From positions 1,618,941 through 1,682,940 of the forward strand of contig MU058844.1 in the NCBI GenBank assembly GCA_013265495.1: a stretch of 64,000 bases of DNA, given 5' to 3'. Under the pieces are notes generated by a model, which did not search any database, was not told the DNA's origin, and saw only the letters and a list, made by a program, of their open reading frames with translations. This document shows positions 1-12,859 of this stretch, piece by piece. Made by a program: the position numbers and the translations under genes. This DNA is from Vicugna vicugna (taxonomy: Eukaryota). Every line of letters begins with the position of its first letter. Within the stretch, counting starts at the first letter, position 1.

Positions 1-204
1 TTTTTTTTATTTGACCAAGACTGAACTCCACCATAGATCAGAGTAGCATGAAACTCTAGATATAAGAAAAGAATCATAGCACTTCATATCTTCATATTTT
101 ATCTCTCCAATCACCATGTTGTAATTACCAAGGCCATTCCTTCTGGGGGACTCTCTCTGTTCTAAATTCGTCAAAGTTAAGGTGCTAGATGACTTTACAT
201 TTAG

Positions 205-239
205 GGGTTGGAAAACCATTGCCGACTTGACTTTGTGAA
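205..239 (+). CDS. Candidate 35-nt penultimate coding exon (GLENHCRLDFV/N) of an unidentified gene
   Basis: Acceptor gactttacatttAG (AG 203-204) and consensus donor GAA|GTGAGT (240-245). Only one frame is open across the exon. The protein was not recognised. Confidence 0.4.
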
Positions 240-728
240 GTGAGTATACCTATAAAAGCAACGTCAGGTGTAGAGAGAATGCTAATGTTAAGATGGCTTC
301 TATGTTGCCTAAAATGGCTTCCTAAGTAATCAATCAGCATTCCAAGCCTTGTTTGACACAACACTTCATGTCTTTAATTACAAAACAGAAATCTCGTTTT
401 TACTTTAACTTCTTAAATCCTGGTGGAGAATATTCTGTGATTTAAAATTGTAATGATGATGTTGATAAAACAAGTATACATATGGGCATAACTGTCATTC
501 AAATTTAATACTGTCCTGCCAGACTTTAGTTTATCCTGGTTGTAGACATTCAAGACACATTTGTTGTTTGAGGCATTATTCCACACACACACAAAATTCT
601 TAGCAACCTCAATTCCTATTGTCAAATATGAAATGACATGTTGAATAATGAGAAAAAAACCTTGTCAAATGTATTTCCTCTAACAGTTGGAATCAGTAAC
701 CTTAATAGAGTGTATACTCTTTTTACAG

Positions 729-744
729 CCTCACCATTTTCTGA
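729..744 (+). CDS. Candidate terminal exon coding part (N-LTIF*), followed by putative 3'UTR
   Basis: Strong acceptor tatactctttttacAG (727-728) with cttaat branch-like motif upstream. Phase-compatible with exon 205-239 (AA|C = Asn). TGA at 742-744. Confidence 0.4.
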
Positions 745-965
745 AAATAGAAGAGCATATTGGGTAATGTTTGAGTTTTTGGTACATAATTCCAAACTGT
801 ACCTGGTGGAAACTCACATCGACTGTTAGATATGCCTCTTGAATTTTGGACAAATCAGAAAAGAGTTTCAACTTTTGTATCAGAGGATTGAGCTTGAAAT
901 ATAAGCAAATCAATATTATTTAAGAAACCATTCTCAAAATTGAGAAATTTCACCCTAAAAGTGGT

Positions 966-1462
966 TGTGATAGGCTGAGTAATGGTGCCCCAAAGATATT
1001 AAATCCTAATCCCTGGAACCTGCAAGTGATCCTTCATATGGAAACAGGGTGTTTGTAAATGTGATTGGATCTTGACATGGGGAGATTATCCTGGAACATA
1101 AGGGTGGGCTCTAGATGCTATTACTTGTATCCTTATAAGAGGGCAGCAGCAGAAGCATGCACAATACACAACAAAGGAGAAGATGAAGTGAAGACAGAGA
1201 AGAGAGATTTGAAAATACTGGCCTTGACATTGGAGTGATGTAGCCACAAGCCAAGGAATGCCACCAGCCACCCAAAGCTACTAGAGGCAAGGAATGAATT
1301 CTCCTTTAGAGCTTCCAAAGGGAGTGCAGCTTCAAAGCCTAGATTTCAGCCCAGTGTTAGTGAGTTCAGACGTCTGGCCTCCAGATTTGTGAAACAAAAT
1401 TTTGCTGTTTTAAGCCACAAGTTTATGGTAATTTGTTACAGCAGCCTCAGTTAACTAGTACA
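966..1462 (+). mobile_element. MLT1D-like ERVL-MaLR solo LTR
   Basis: Begins tgtgataggctgagtaatgg, contains gccacaagccaaggaatg, ends atttgttacagcagcc..ctagtaca. 5-bp TSD gtggt/atggt (961-965, 1463-1467). Confidence 0.9.
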
Positions 1463-1639
1463 ATGGTGATGAAATATACTTATCAAATCCTTCAAATGGC
1501 TTTGGTGTTTGCTGAGATCAGCAGTTGTGTCTTTCATTCTAAGTCTCCTGGGATTATCATACACATTTCTCCAGTTAGAGTCACCCACTGCCTTCTGTCA
1601 GAGCCCTCTGCATAAAGTTTTATACTAGCACGTATCATC

Positions 1640-2070
1640 TTATTCCAGTTTGTGAAAACCACCTCCGTTTTTAGCATAAAACCCTACATTTTATTATGCT
1701 CATGAATTCTGTGGGACAGGAATTGGTCAGGGTGCAAAAAGATGGCTTGGTCTGTTCCACAATCCCTGGGGCCTCACTGGGAAGACTGAAATGTCTGAGG
1801 AGCTGGTATCATATGGAAATTTGTCTCAGTCACATGACTTGGGCTAAAATGACAAAAAAGTTGGGCTTACTTTGCATGGTTGACTATAGCCCTTACATGT
1901 AACCTCTTAGGTTTCTCACAGCATGGTGACTAAGTTCCAAGAGGGAGCATCTAAGCCAAATGTAAACGTTTCCATCACACCATATGGGCTTATGAACTCT
2001 GCCTCTTTACGGGCTGTAACGAGGTGCTATTGCCAAACAGCTTGCGAGGTGGCAGATACTGTGTGGTTAT
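1640..2070 (-). mobile_element. Old MLT1 (F/G/H-like) LTR fragment
   Basis: ttttattatgctcatgaattctgtgggacaggaatt…ctggggcctcactgggaagact matches reverse-strand MLT1 sequence. Confidence 0.7.
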
Positions 2071-2604
2071 CTATTGAAAATATAATTGTCCATATTCATT
2101 GCAATGTAGTTACTTTTTTACCTGCCTGTCATCTGGTCTGAAACTCAAATTTCAGGATGCTGATTTAGGTCTCTTTAGAGCCCAAATTCCAAGAACCCAG
2201 TAAATGCTTGAATTGAAGCCATAAATGTTGGAAAGATGAAAAGAAGAAATGTGAGAAGAAAAAGGAACTTGAAGTTGACTAATCACATCAGCTTTATAAT
2301 GTGTAAGGATTTCTTCTTGACGTAAAAACAGCTTGGTGTGTAGATCCATTTTTTCATAACCTACTTTTCCTTGCTTTCACTTCCTTTTTCATTCAGCCAA
2401 GACCATAATACTCTTCATTTGAATGGCTCTGTGCCATTGCCCTCAATTACCATTTCACTTTCAGCTTTATCCTGGCACAACTCGGCCCCTGGCTGACCTA
2501 ACCATTCACCTCTCAGCACTCTACTGAATTGTTGATCACTGACAGATAGAATTCACACAGGCTTCAGAATGGTGCTGCAGGTTCACAGATGATACTTGTA
2601 TTAG

Positions 2605-2885
2605 TTTGGACAGGTCTGTAGATTGACCAGGCTTGGCTCCTGGCTATGATTCTTCTCCAGTTTCTCCTCCTAAGGCCCAAGCTGAAGGAGCATCACCACT
2701 TGAGGCATGCTCTTCTCATGATGGGGGTTAGAAACTCCCAGAGACAACATGAATAGAAATTTGTATTGCTTTTATTACTTGGGATCAAATCTGACACACT
2801 GTCCCTTCTGCCTACACTCCATTACCCAAAGCCAGTCCCCAGGCTAAGCCAAACAGTAGGAAGCAGAGAAGTACATTCCTCACAT
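2605..2885 (-). mobile_element. Old MLT1 (J/K-like) LTR fragment
   Basis: cccaagctgaaggagca…gcatgctcttctcatg…cattacccaaagccagtc resembles MLT1J/K. Confidence 0.55.
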
Positions 2886-3654
2886 ACACAGAGACAGTGA
2901 TATACTACATTCCAACATTTCACTAGAGCCTTTTGCCTGTCTCTCATCCTTTCTATGTATCTCCAATTAGTGCTTTCTATAGTTTTTCCCCAAAGTCATT
3001 TATAATTTCCTTCAAGATTTCAGTCTTTCTATTAAACTACCTTATTCTGAGCAAAAGAGTAAATGTCCAACCTCCAAAAGAAGTCAGAGCTCTTTCAGCA
3101 GGGACTTTCTTAATTTGCAGTGGATCCTTTATAACAGTCACTGCTCTGCATGCTTCCCTCCCATCTTGGTGGAAATCATATCCGTTGTTCAGTTCAGTGA
3201 TAGTTCTTCCGCCTCTTTTCTGGAGCCCTTCCTCTCTGATATTCTTTGGGTTTGACACCATTAATTACAGCCTTTTATCTTACAACTTTAAATAATTCTT
3301 CTCTTTTTGTTAGTAGAATAAATAAAAAACAGTATAAACTATGAAGGCTCTCCAAAATTCAGCCATATTTTTATTATATGAAAATATGGAAATATTATTT
3401 GATACAGCAAAAATATGAAAATAATTCAGAATGGAACAAAACAGTAGATTAATTGAATGAACCAACTGGTGTGGACACCCATGTGTGAGGACTTAAACAG
3501 GGGACATGAATTCTTTAAATTTTATTTTCTGTGGAAATTATAAAAGGAGACTCAAAACAGCTGTTACGATAGAGTTTTTGTGGATGCCTTCATCCCTAGC
3601 CCTCAAGGGAACTGAAATCTCTTGTTGCTAAGCCAATTCAGTGGGCTAAGATGA

Positions 3655-4298
3655 TGAATTAGTTTCGTATTGATGAGTAACTAATCATCATTGTAAACTT
3701 GTGGGCTCAAAACAACATAGATTTATTATCTTTGTTTCTGTAAGTCAGGAATCTGAGTATGGGTTGACTGAGTCCTCGTCTCAGGATTTTAGAAAACTTG
3801 GGTTAGGACTTTGATCTCATCTGAGACTTGGGATCAGCTTCATAGCTTACAGTGATTGTTGGCAGAGTTCAATTCCTTGTAGCTGTAAGACTGAAGTCCC
3901 TGTTTTCTCTCTGGCTATGGTTTGGGGGCTGCTTTCAGTCACCAAAGGCTGCCCTCAGGCCTTTGCCACATAGGCAGCCCACAACATACTTGTTTGCTTC
4001 TTGATGGCCTTTGGAGACTCTACCTTGCTGTGAATCTCTAATTTAAGGAAAGCCTAGATTTCTCTATTTTAAATAATTCACCTGATTAGTTCAGACCCAC
4101 TTAGGCAAAATTCTCTTTTGATTATCTCAGTTTGGTACCTCAATTATATCTACAAACTTCCTTTTCATTTGCCATATTATATAGAGTAATCACAAGAGTG
4201 AAATCTTATAAGTCTCATCCACACTCAAGGGGAGAAGTTATAGGTTATATACCTCAGGGAGAAATTTGGAGGGCCAACTTAAAATTATTCCCATCACA
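3655..4298 (-). mobile_element. MLT1E-like solo LTR
   Basis: aaaacaacatagatttattatc…gttggcagagttcaattccttgtagctgtaagactga…cacactcaagggga…catcaca. TG…CA termini. Confidence 0.85.
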
Positions 4299-4599
4299 GA
4301 TTGTAACCTCCAAGTTACCTTTCAAATGCAACTCGGAAATTTTAAGGCTGACATAATTGTTTATTTAATGAGTATTTATCTTTAATTCTGGTAGAGGCAA
4401 AGTAAATACAAGCTCTGCATTTGTTTTTGTTTTTTGTGCTTAATAATTTGTATTTTGTTGTTGTTGTTGTTAAAAAAAGATCTAGGTTTCCTTTTTACCT
4501 GTTATTCTGGGAAATTCCTTTGCCTCTCCTGTGCTGGATCTCTTTTTCATGGCTTATATCTTCATCCCTTTTGGGTTTTTTTCCCCCTTTATTTTGTTT

Positions 4600-5520
4600 T
4601 GTACATTTTCCAATAGCCTCCTAAAAGTGGGTTAAGGAAAGATAAGCGTTTTGAATCCACATTCATTTGAAAAATATGTATCCTATTTGTATACCTCACA
4701 TTGTTTTGGTAGATATAAAATTCCAGGTTGAAATATTTTGTTCTTGGAATTTTGAAGGCATTGCTCCATTCTTTTAAAGATTCCAATGTGGCTATTAAGT
4801 TCCGTGTTATTCTGATTTTATTTGTTAGTTTGTGACATGTTTTAATCTCTCTAGAAGTTTGTCCTTAGTTTTCTAAATTTTCACAGTGACCTGCTTCGGT
4901 GGAAGTCTTAAAAATTAATTGTTTTTAATTTAATTTAAAAATTCTGACTAGCTGGTGGATACTTTGAACTGGGATATTATGTATTTCTTTGATAATTTCT
5001 TTGCATTTTCCCCTGTTGTCTGTTTATAGAACTCTATTAAATCAATTGTTAGGCTTCCTAGATTAAGCCTGTGATTATCTTTTCCTCTTATTATTATATT
5101 TTGTCTTTTCATTTGTTTCTTGATTTTGTATCCAATTATTCTATAACAATTTTAATTTTAGCTATCTTATTTAATTTCCAAAAAATTTTCCTGTTTGCTA
5201 AATTTTCCTCTGTATAGTTTCATGTTTTGTTTTAAGGACACAGTATGTCCATTTATCACTTTGAAAATGTTAACAGTAATATTTAAAAAATATCTTCTTC
5301 TCTTTTATGTCACAGATTCTATCTTTCATGTTGTAGATTCTCTTCAAATCCTTGTTGACCGTTACATGGTGGAAATAGACATTTTTTGTATTTTGGCAGG
5401 GCTTGTTGACCATTGGACTTACTCTAGTTGAACATGTGAGAATTAGGCCATTTCATTGTATAATCCTCAAATCTCAGTACCTATAGGTCTCTTCTTGGGA
5501 GCTATATAATTTCTCAATGG
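4600..5520 (-). mobile_element. Ancient L1 (L1M/HAL1-like) ORF1/5' fragment
   Basis: Minus-strand ORF 4589-4786 contains WSNAFKI..K.F, resembling the L1 ORF1p motif W..IFK.LKEK. T-rich antisense texture. Confidence 0.7.
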
Positions 5521-5562
5521 ATATATACATATGATAATATATGTATTATCATAATATGAAAT

Positions 5563-5591
5563 GATATATATATATATATATAGTATATATA
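5563..5591. repeat. (TA)n microsatellite
   Basis: Direct inspection. Confidence 0.9.
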
Positions 5592-6249
5592 GGCTAATAT
5601 ACTCTGGATGTTGACCTGGTGAAGGCAGCTGATGGCCCCAAGATTAATATGTAGATGTATTAATTTCCCCTTGGTTCAGCTTGAATCCTTAAACCTGATT
5701 TCTACCATGTTTTTTTCCCTTCAACCCTTTCTCTCCTAAATGATTCCTTTCTCTCTTACTGCTTTTCTGCCACTTATATTCTGGTAACTTCCAATCTATT
5801 CTGATGTGTATCTGAATGCCAACTAGACATAGTCATATGAATCTCCCACAAGGACTTCATTCAACAGCCTCTGTTTTCACTTGGGCATCTGTGATATTTT
5901 ACTATGTCTGAATACTCTAGCTCTGTTTTCGTCTTCTTCTTTTTTTTCTTTTATTATTCCTGAAATTTAGAGGCTCTCCAAAGTTATATCCTTGGCCCTC
6001 TCTTACTATACTCTGTTAATGGCCTAGTCCCCCCTCTGTCTTCCCCTGTTGCTTGTATGCCGTGTGCTTCCTTCTGTTGCCTGGATGCTGTCAGCCAGAG
6101 AAAGGGGCCATAAAAAGTTGAGAATATAGATCTGAAATTTAGGAGATAGGTGGAAGCTGTAAGCACACACAAAATAAAAAACATTAACTATCCTTTCACT
6201 TGACAAACTCCTGCACATTCATGTAGATCCAGCTCTAATAATACTAGTA

Positions 6250-6750
6250 AAATGATAATAATAAATAATCAGTTTCTCAACCTATAAAGCACTGTTCTGA
6301 GTATTTCACTCTTTAATTTTGTATTAAAATGTATTATTTTATTTTTATTTAATTTTAACCCTGAGATATAACTGACATATAGCACTGTATAAGTTTAAGA
6401 TATCGAGCATAATGACTTGATTTACATATTATGAAATGATTACCACAATAAATTTAATTAACATCCATCATCTCATATAGATACAAAGAAAAAAAAAGAA
6501 AAAAGAAAAAATGTTTTTCCTTGGAATGAGAACTCTTAGGATCTACTTTCTTAACAACTTTCCCATATTTCCTACAGTGTCAAATATAGCCATATTGTAC
6601 ATTATATCCCAGGGACTTATTTATTTTATAACTGGAAGTTTGTAGCTTTTTATCAGCTTCATTCAGTTCTCCCTTCTCCTGCCCTCCACTTCTGTGTCCT
6701 GAGTATTTTCAACTCATTTTATCCAACCCCAAACCTGGTGCTATCATTGT
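6250..6750 (-). mobile_element. MIR fragment interrupted by an L1 3' end
   Basis: cactgttctgagtattt…aactcattttatccaacccc…tgctatcatt matches reverse-strand MIR on both sides of the L1. Confidence 0.55.
6320..6694 (-). mobile_element. 5'-truncated L1 3'UTR (laurasiatherian/cetartiodactyl type)
   Basis: gagatataactgacatatagcactgtataagtttaag…atgagaactcttaggat, same family as the 46240-48583 element. Flanking duplication ctgagtattt (6297-6306, 6699-6708). Confidence 0.9.
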
Positions 6751-6764
6751 GGTTACTTGTATGC

Positions 6765-7082
6765 ATATATTTACCTTCCCTAGTAGACTTTAGACTCTTT
6801 TAAGAAGAGAGACATTATATCATTCATATTTTTATCTCCTAGAAGATTTCCTGGTACTTCCTGCATTAAGTATTTGATAAACACATATTTGTTGAATGGC
6901 TAAATGAATAAAGAAAAGAATGCCACAGTAAAAAAAAAGAAAACTATTAATTTACTTAAAAATCGTTCTTTTTCATGTAAATTGTGAATACTCTGAAGAT
7001 AGGATTTGTTTGATTATTTGTTTCTCTCAAAGTGTTAAGTACATGGCAGATACTCAATAAGTACCTCTTGGTTGATTGGTTA
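6765..7082 (+). mobile_element. Two L2 3'-end fragments
   Basis: tagactttagactc…atatttgttgaatggctaaatgaa and tgtgaatactctgaagatagg…cagatactcaataag. Confidence 0.7.
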
Positions 7083-8804
7083 AAATCTGTATTTTACCTA
7101 GAGAGTGAAAGCTAAGGGATATATCCTCTAACTCAAAGTCAGAATTCACTGAGTACCTATTGTCTACCTTCACATATACTGTGTGTCAGGAATTTGATTC
7201 TTTGGATGTGGTTTAAGGAACGATTGCAGGATATATTGCTCCATTGCCAAAACTCCATTTGCCGCTATGACTAACTACTTATGCTCCAATCTGCTTCTCT
7301 TCTGTCCCAGTCGTCTACCACTCTGGCACCATTGTGCTATATTCTTTGCTTTTACTGAAGACAACTTGTTATATACATTATAGGTGCCTTGAAACAAGTT
7401 GCACATTAATAGCTGATATCTTAAATGGAAATATATACTATACCCAATTTGTGAAAATTATTTCATTTATAAAAAGGCTAATTTCTATTTATGAAAAAAT
7501 CATGAAAGTCTACATTGGTTAAAATGGAGGAATACGATATTCAACTAAATAATACAGATTGACCTATTTTTATTTGGCTGTTATAAAATCATACAATAAA
7601 AGATATAAGAAATCTAAGGATTATTTATTGTTCAAATTGACCTAAAGTAAATTTGTGAGGAGATATTATTTGCAACCGAAATATCTTTTTTTTTTTTCTG
7701 AAAAGCAACCAAACAATTCTATGCTGATTAGCACATAGCAAAAGACATTTGGAATGAATTTCAAAAACAAATCTAACTCTAATTTTTGCCAAAATTAATA
7801 TAAATTGTCATCACAAAAAGGAAACGCTCTTAATTTGAGAAGATAGTAATTGAGTTTTGACTTCATTAATTTCTACAGTTTCCTCCAGTGTGGCCATATA
7901 ATCACTCAGGATATGAATATGTCATCATTTTACCTGAAGAAATGCCCCAGGCCCTCAAGCAAGGTAGCATCCCTAGAATTTGGACTAGAGACAACTTGTA
8001 TCAAATGATCCTGTGATTCTGGCTTTTAAATTATCTTCTCAACTTCCTGCTCTCCCCTTTCTGATACCCAGTAAAGATGAGAACGTTCTTTTGATACTGG
8101 ATACCCAAAGGGAAAAAAGAAATGCAGCATGTAAGACCATCTCCTACAGCCTTTTGGACACAATGAGGAATGACTGATGTTTCCATGATGGAGTACATGA
8201 GACGAACTGTAGATGCTTCCTGACACTCCTAAGTCTGACAATGCCCGTAGAGCAGTGATTTGTAGCTTCCTTAGGAGTTTTTAGACTACTTGAATTTTTT
8301 TATAAATTATGTCTTTTAGAAATCAAATAAATCCCTGTATAACAGGAAAAAAAGAAAATTATCTTTTTGCACAGTCTCTAATGTTGATCTGTATACTTCA
8401 GTTCCCAAATAAGCATAGACATATTTGAAGACATATAAAAAATGTCTACACCCACCCAAGAACAGATATCAGCTCTAACATAATTCAATTCCATAATTCA
8501 CATAAATTTCCAACAAGTTGGAACTAATTTCCATATATGAATTAGAAGATCAGTATCATTCAGAAACCACTCCTTGCCTTTTCACTTTAACTCTGGAGGT
8601 GGTAAAACTATAAGAATACAGCAGAGGCAAACACATCAGTCCTACAGGAAAATGATATGGACAGAATGCCGATAAATTTATTATTTATAAAAAGCTAATA
8701 TTCCAAACACTAAATTAGAAAGTGTTTGGCTAGAAATACTTTCTTACCTAGAATCAATTACTCGTTGTTAGGCTGCTTAATAGAGTTGTCTAACCAACCC
8801 ATGG

Positions 8805-9645
8805 GAAAGCCATTAGACAATGAGCATGTGAAGAGATAGCTAATTTAATTAGTAATCAGGTTACTATAAATCATGACTTCAAGGAACTGCCATTTTACAT
8901 CCGTCTGACTGAAACGGTGAAAAGTTTGACAGTAACAGTTGTTGGAAAGATGTAGATCAATAATGTAACATACGTGGTTGGTGACAATAAAACGGTAAAA
9001 CCATTTTGGAAAGCAGTTTGGCATGTCTTGTGAAATGAACATTCACATATCCTGTGACCCATCAGTCCTTTTCTAGATAAAAATTCAAGTGACACTTGTT
9101 TATGTGTATGAGGAGACATGTATAAAAATGTTCTTAGTAGCACTGTTTATAACAACAAAAAAGGAAAGTAAGTAAAAAAATCTGTGTAAAATGTAAATAA
9201 CCATCAAGAATAGAATGACTAAAAAGGATCATTCAAGAATGTGATACTACATAGTAGTGAAAATGAATGAATCACAACTGTACACGACATGGAAGAAGTG
9301 TATGCATTGTTGAGTGACAAGAAAATCTCAGAAGTTATATATAGCATAATAGCTTTTTTTTAATGTACGAAAAAAAAGATCAATATAAAAAATTGCTTAA
9401 GCTTAACCAAGTGGTATTTGTAATAAAACAAAATTTTAAAAACAAAGGTATAATCACCAAAGTGAGTCTCATTAACATGTCAATTTTACCTCAAAAAAAA
9501 AAAAACCTAGCAAATAAAAGTACCAAAGGCAGTATGATGGATAACTTGGGTTGGAACCATAGGCAGGAGGACAGGATGGGGAGGAGTCTAGAGTTACATG
9601 TAAACAATTGGATGTTGGGTTCACAGATACTTATTAGTTATTGAA
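8805..9645 (+). mobile_element. L1ME-type ORF2 end/3'UTR
   Basis: ttggaaagcagtttggca…cacatatcctgtgaccca…aaaatgttcttagtagcactgtttataac…gtgaaaatgaatgaa. Confidence 0.8.
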
Positions 9646-11869
9646 ATGAATGAATCAATAACTAAGTCAGATAGAAGAGGGCCAGGCATGGATCAGCGTT
9701 GTGTGTCATGATCTATAAATTAATTCAAATCCATAAACCACAGGTTCTTTTAAAAACCAAGAGAACAAAAGATTGATTTTTAAAGCTATTGTTGATTTTA
9801 TATGTTTAACTTAAAAATTTTCCAGCTGAAGAAATAAAAGGCACAATGAATCTGATTGTATATGCTTATAATACATAAAAACAGAAATTGAATGGGTACT
9901 TATTTTTGGAAGATGTACAATTTAATATCATTATGAACAATCACAGGATGTGTGGCACACAGCAAGGCACTTGACTCTTCTAAATCCAGATTTTATTAAA
10001 ATTTTCTTTGGGATGAGAGGATGGACAGGAATGCTCCCTCTGAGAGATGACATGTCATTCACATAATATATAGGTCATTCTGCCAACAGGGATTGATTCT
10101 GCTATGTGATACTATTTGGTTTTTATCTTTTAATGATGATTTTGTTTCTTATAACTTCATGTTGGTTCCATTACAATTCTTTTTTCTCCTATACATATAT
10201 ATATTTTTTTCTTTCATCCTGTCAACAGTTACTGCAGTCTGTGTGAAGGTGACATTATAATTATTACCAATATTAAGCAATCAGGATTCATGGCGACTTA
10301 GACTGAATGAAATAAAAAAACTGGTCAGTCATTTACTTTATATGATTTATATCCTCTTGATCTGAATAATTTTAATGTCTAAACTCTAAGCTTAGAGCCT
10401 TATCTGAATAGGGAGCTATTGTCTTCATAAATATAATTCAGACCATCTCGTCTCCCACATTGAAGGATGGGAATGTGCAGAGCAGTCAGAATTTATGGTT
10501 GGAATGGACTTCAAATGAGGAGTCGCAAGGATTAGTGTCTGGTGTGTGTGCATGTGTGTTAGTTTTTTGGGGGAGGGCACTCTACAGATAAAGATCAGAA
10601 TAAGAATATCTTTGCACATTTTGCCCAAGTAACTGTATCAATAGAACTAGAACAGAATTTTTTGGTTTCTTTCTGGCCTCTATTACAAATTGTAGGGTTG
10701 AAAAAAATCTCTTTATATTCCTTTTTTGTTAGTGTCCTATTTAAAAATATTAGAGCCCCAGGATAAGGGTGTTTGCTCACCATTTGCATTGCTTGTGTTA
10801 CAGAGCCAGCTCCAAGGCCAGGCAGCTATGTATGCTGAACGACTGACTAGCCCCCATTAGGCAATGAGACTGCTTTAGCAATCAGTCTCCTTAATGGTAT
10901 TATTTACTTGTTGAAAACATGCTTTCCACATTGGCTTAGCTCTTCAATTTACATAGGCCCGTGGCTACTCTGCTGTGACACAGATCACCTTCTGAACACT
11001 GCAGCTTTTCTGACCTCCTTCTTACATCCAGATATGTCGACAATTGCATTCCTTTTCATTCAGCATCACGGCCTTGCCCTGCCCTGCCTCTGAATTGCGA
11101 CTCTTTGATTCTTTATTATAAATCTAACATGTCCCAGCCTGGTCTGGGATTCCACAAAGTCCTTGGCTTTAGATTATAAATAGGCTTGCAACTCAAGTGG
11201 AGTCTTGTCTGCCTGTGTACTAGACTGCTTATGAGATTGTTCAAACCCAAACAGCCAGGGGAGAGATGGAAACTTAAATTTGTTTCAGGCTTCAATGCCT
11301 GGGAGCAAGGCAGACTCTCAGTTTCCCATGAGCAGACTACTAAACGTTTTCAACCCAGGTGAGCAGCAAAGACTTTGTGTACAGGCCATATATAGATTTC
11401 CCAGCAAGTACAGCTCATACTCAGATGACAGAGTTACCTGTCACATAGTGAACGAGACCCACCTACCCAGGGAGTTGAGCAATTCTTTGCTTGTTCAATT
11501 TGTTAATCCTTGACTCAGTTGAACAGAGGCCCTAGCACATGTTGCAGAGAGTACAGCAAACACTTCCATGTGCCAAATACGATGGGGCTTTTGCCTGCTC
11601 TCCTCTGCCCTCACCTTCACTAATCCCTCCTGGAAGAACGAGTTTTAAAAGTTCCTCCTGTTGTCCTGGAAGCTGTTATTGTTGAGACAAAAAGCTACAA
11701 TCAGGGCAAATTGAATTGTTAAGCAAGACTGAAGCCAGTTGTTTGGAAGAATGAATCTCAGGCAAGAATTAAGTTTGAAATTTTAATGTGTTAAGTGACA
11801 TGATACGGAAGAATTACTGTTTTGTGAACCATGTCGAAAGAAAGATGGTAAACTGAGTGTGTCCCAATT

Positions 11870-12790
11870 TAATTTAATTCAGTTCAGAAATTATTTATGG
11901 ATACCAATCATGAAGCCTTGAATTAGACTATGTTAGACACTGAACGAGGAGAGAACAGATTCTTCTTAGGAAGCCTACAGTTTGGATGTTGACTGATTCA
12001 CATGGGCCAATGTAATGCCTGTGATTAACACAGAGACCAGGGTGTAACAGGCATTTAATGTATCTTGTGTTATTGTGTTATTATTGTATTGTTTGATTAT
12101 TATTAATGTGAGAATTACTAATTATTACTAATGTGATTAATTACTACTATGTGTCAAGTAGTGAAAGACTGACTATTTTTATTATTCCTATGGGAGGCTT
12201 ACTAGAGAAAGCAACACATGAACTGATTCTTGAATAGTGATCCTTCCAGTAGAAAGAAAGGAAGGACACTTGGACAGAAGGAATAGCATGTACAAACATC
12301 CATGGTATTAAAGGAACAGCCAGTTCAGTGGCAAGAAGTGTTCAGATTCTTCTTGGCAGTCCAAGGCACATTTGGCAAGAGAACAATTCACTGTACTCCA
12401 GTCCAGACCTAGTGGTCTTTGCCCAGGGTATACCAGACCAGGATAGCTTGAGGCAGTATAGCCAGAAGGAGGTTTTGAAACAGTGAAAGAATACATCCAA
12501 AATAAGCAGAAAGCAATACCCAGTGGTCAAGTTTGAAGAGCCAGCTGAAGCTTTGGTGGGATAATAAGTAATGTAGTGAAAAGTCAATAGTCATTGGAAA
12601 TATGCCCAAATGCAGATTTAGAAATAAGTTGGAGGGGAAGGCATTTCATTTGGATTATGATTGGCACCACTGAAAATGGTTGAGCGGCAAGAAGGTAAAG
12701 GACCAGTTAGGAAGCACTGCCAAATTCAGGTAGATAAGGATTTGAAATAAAGGCGGTGGTACTGGGTAAAAGTATGAAAAAAGTTTAAAA
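11870..12790 (-). mobile_element. Degraded L2 fragments
   Basis: Starts with attcagttcagaaattatttat (L2 tail). Contains gacagaaggaatagcatgtacaaa and gaccagttaggaagcactgc. Confidence 0.55.
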
Positions 12791-12859
12791 AGCAAAATTC
12801 ATCACACTTGATAAACAAGGGAATACGCGATTGAGAAGACACATGTAGAAAATGCTCCC

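Noticed and set aside
185..892. Minus-strand peptides resembling a sushi/CCP domain (CEFPPGTVWNY) or a CaaX end (PKCKVI*)
   Set aside because: There is an in-frame stop upstream, the canonical Cys/Trp spacing is missing, and the resemblance is too short to separate from chance.
12060..12155. Novel tandem repeat
   Set aside because: It is a degenerate (TAT/TGT) low-complexity stretch with no stable unit.
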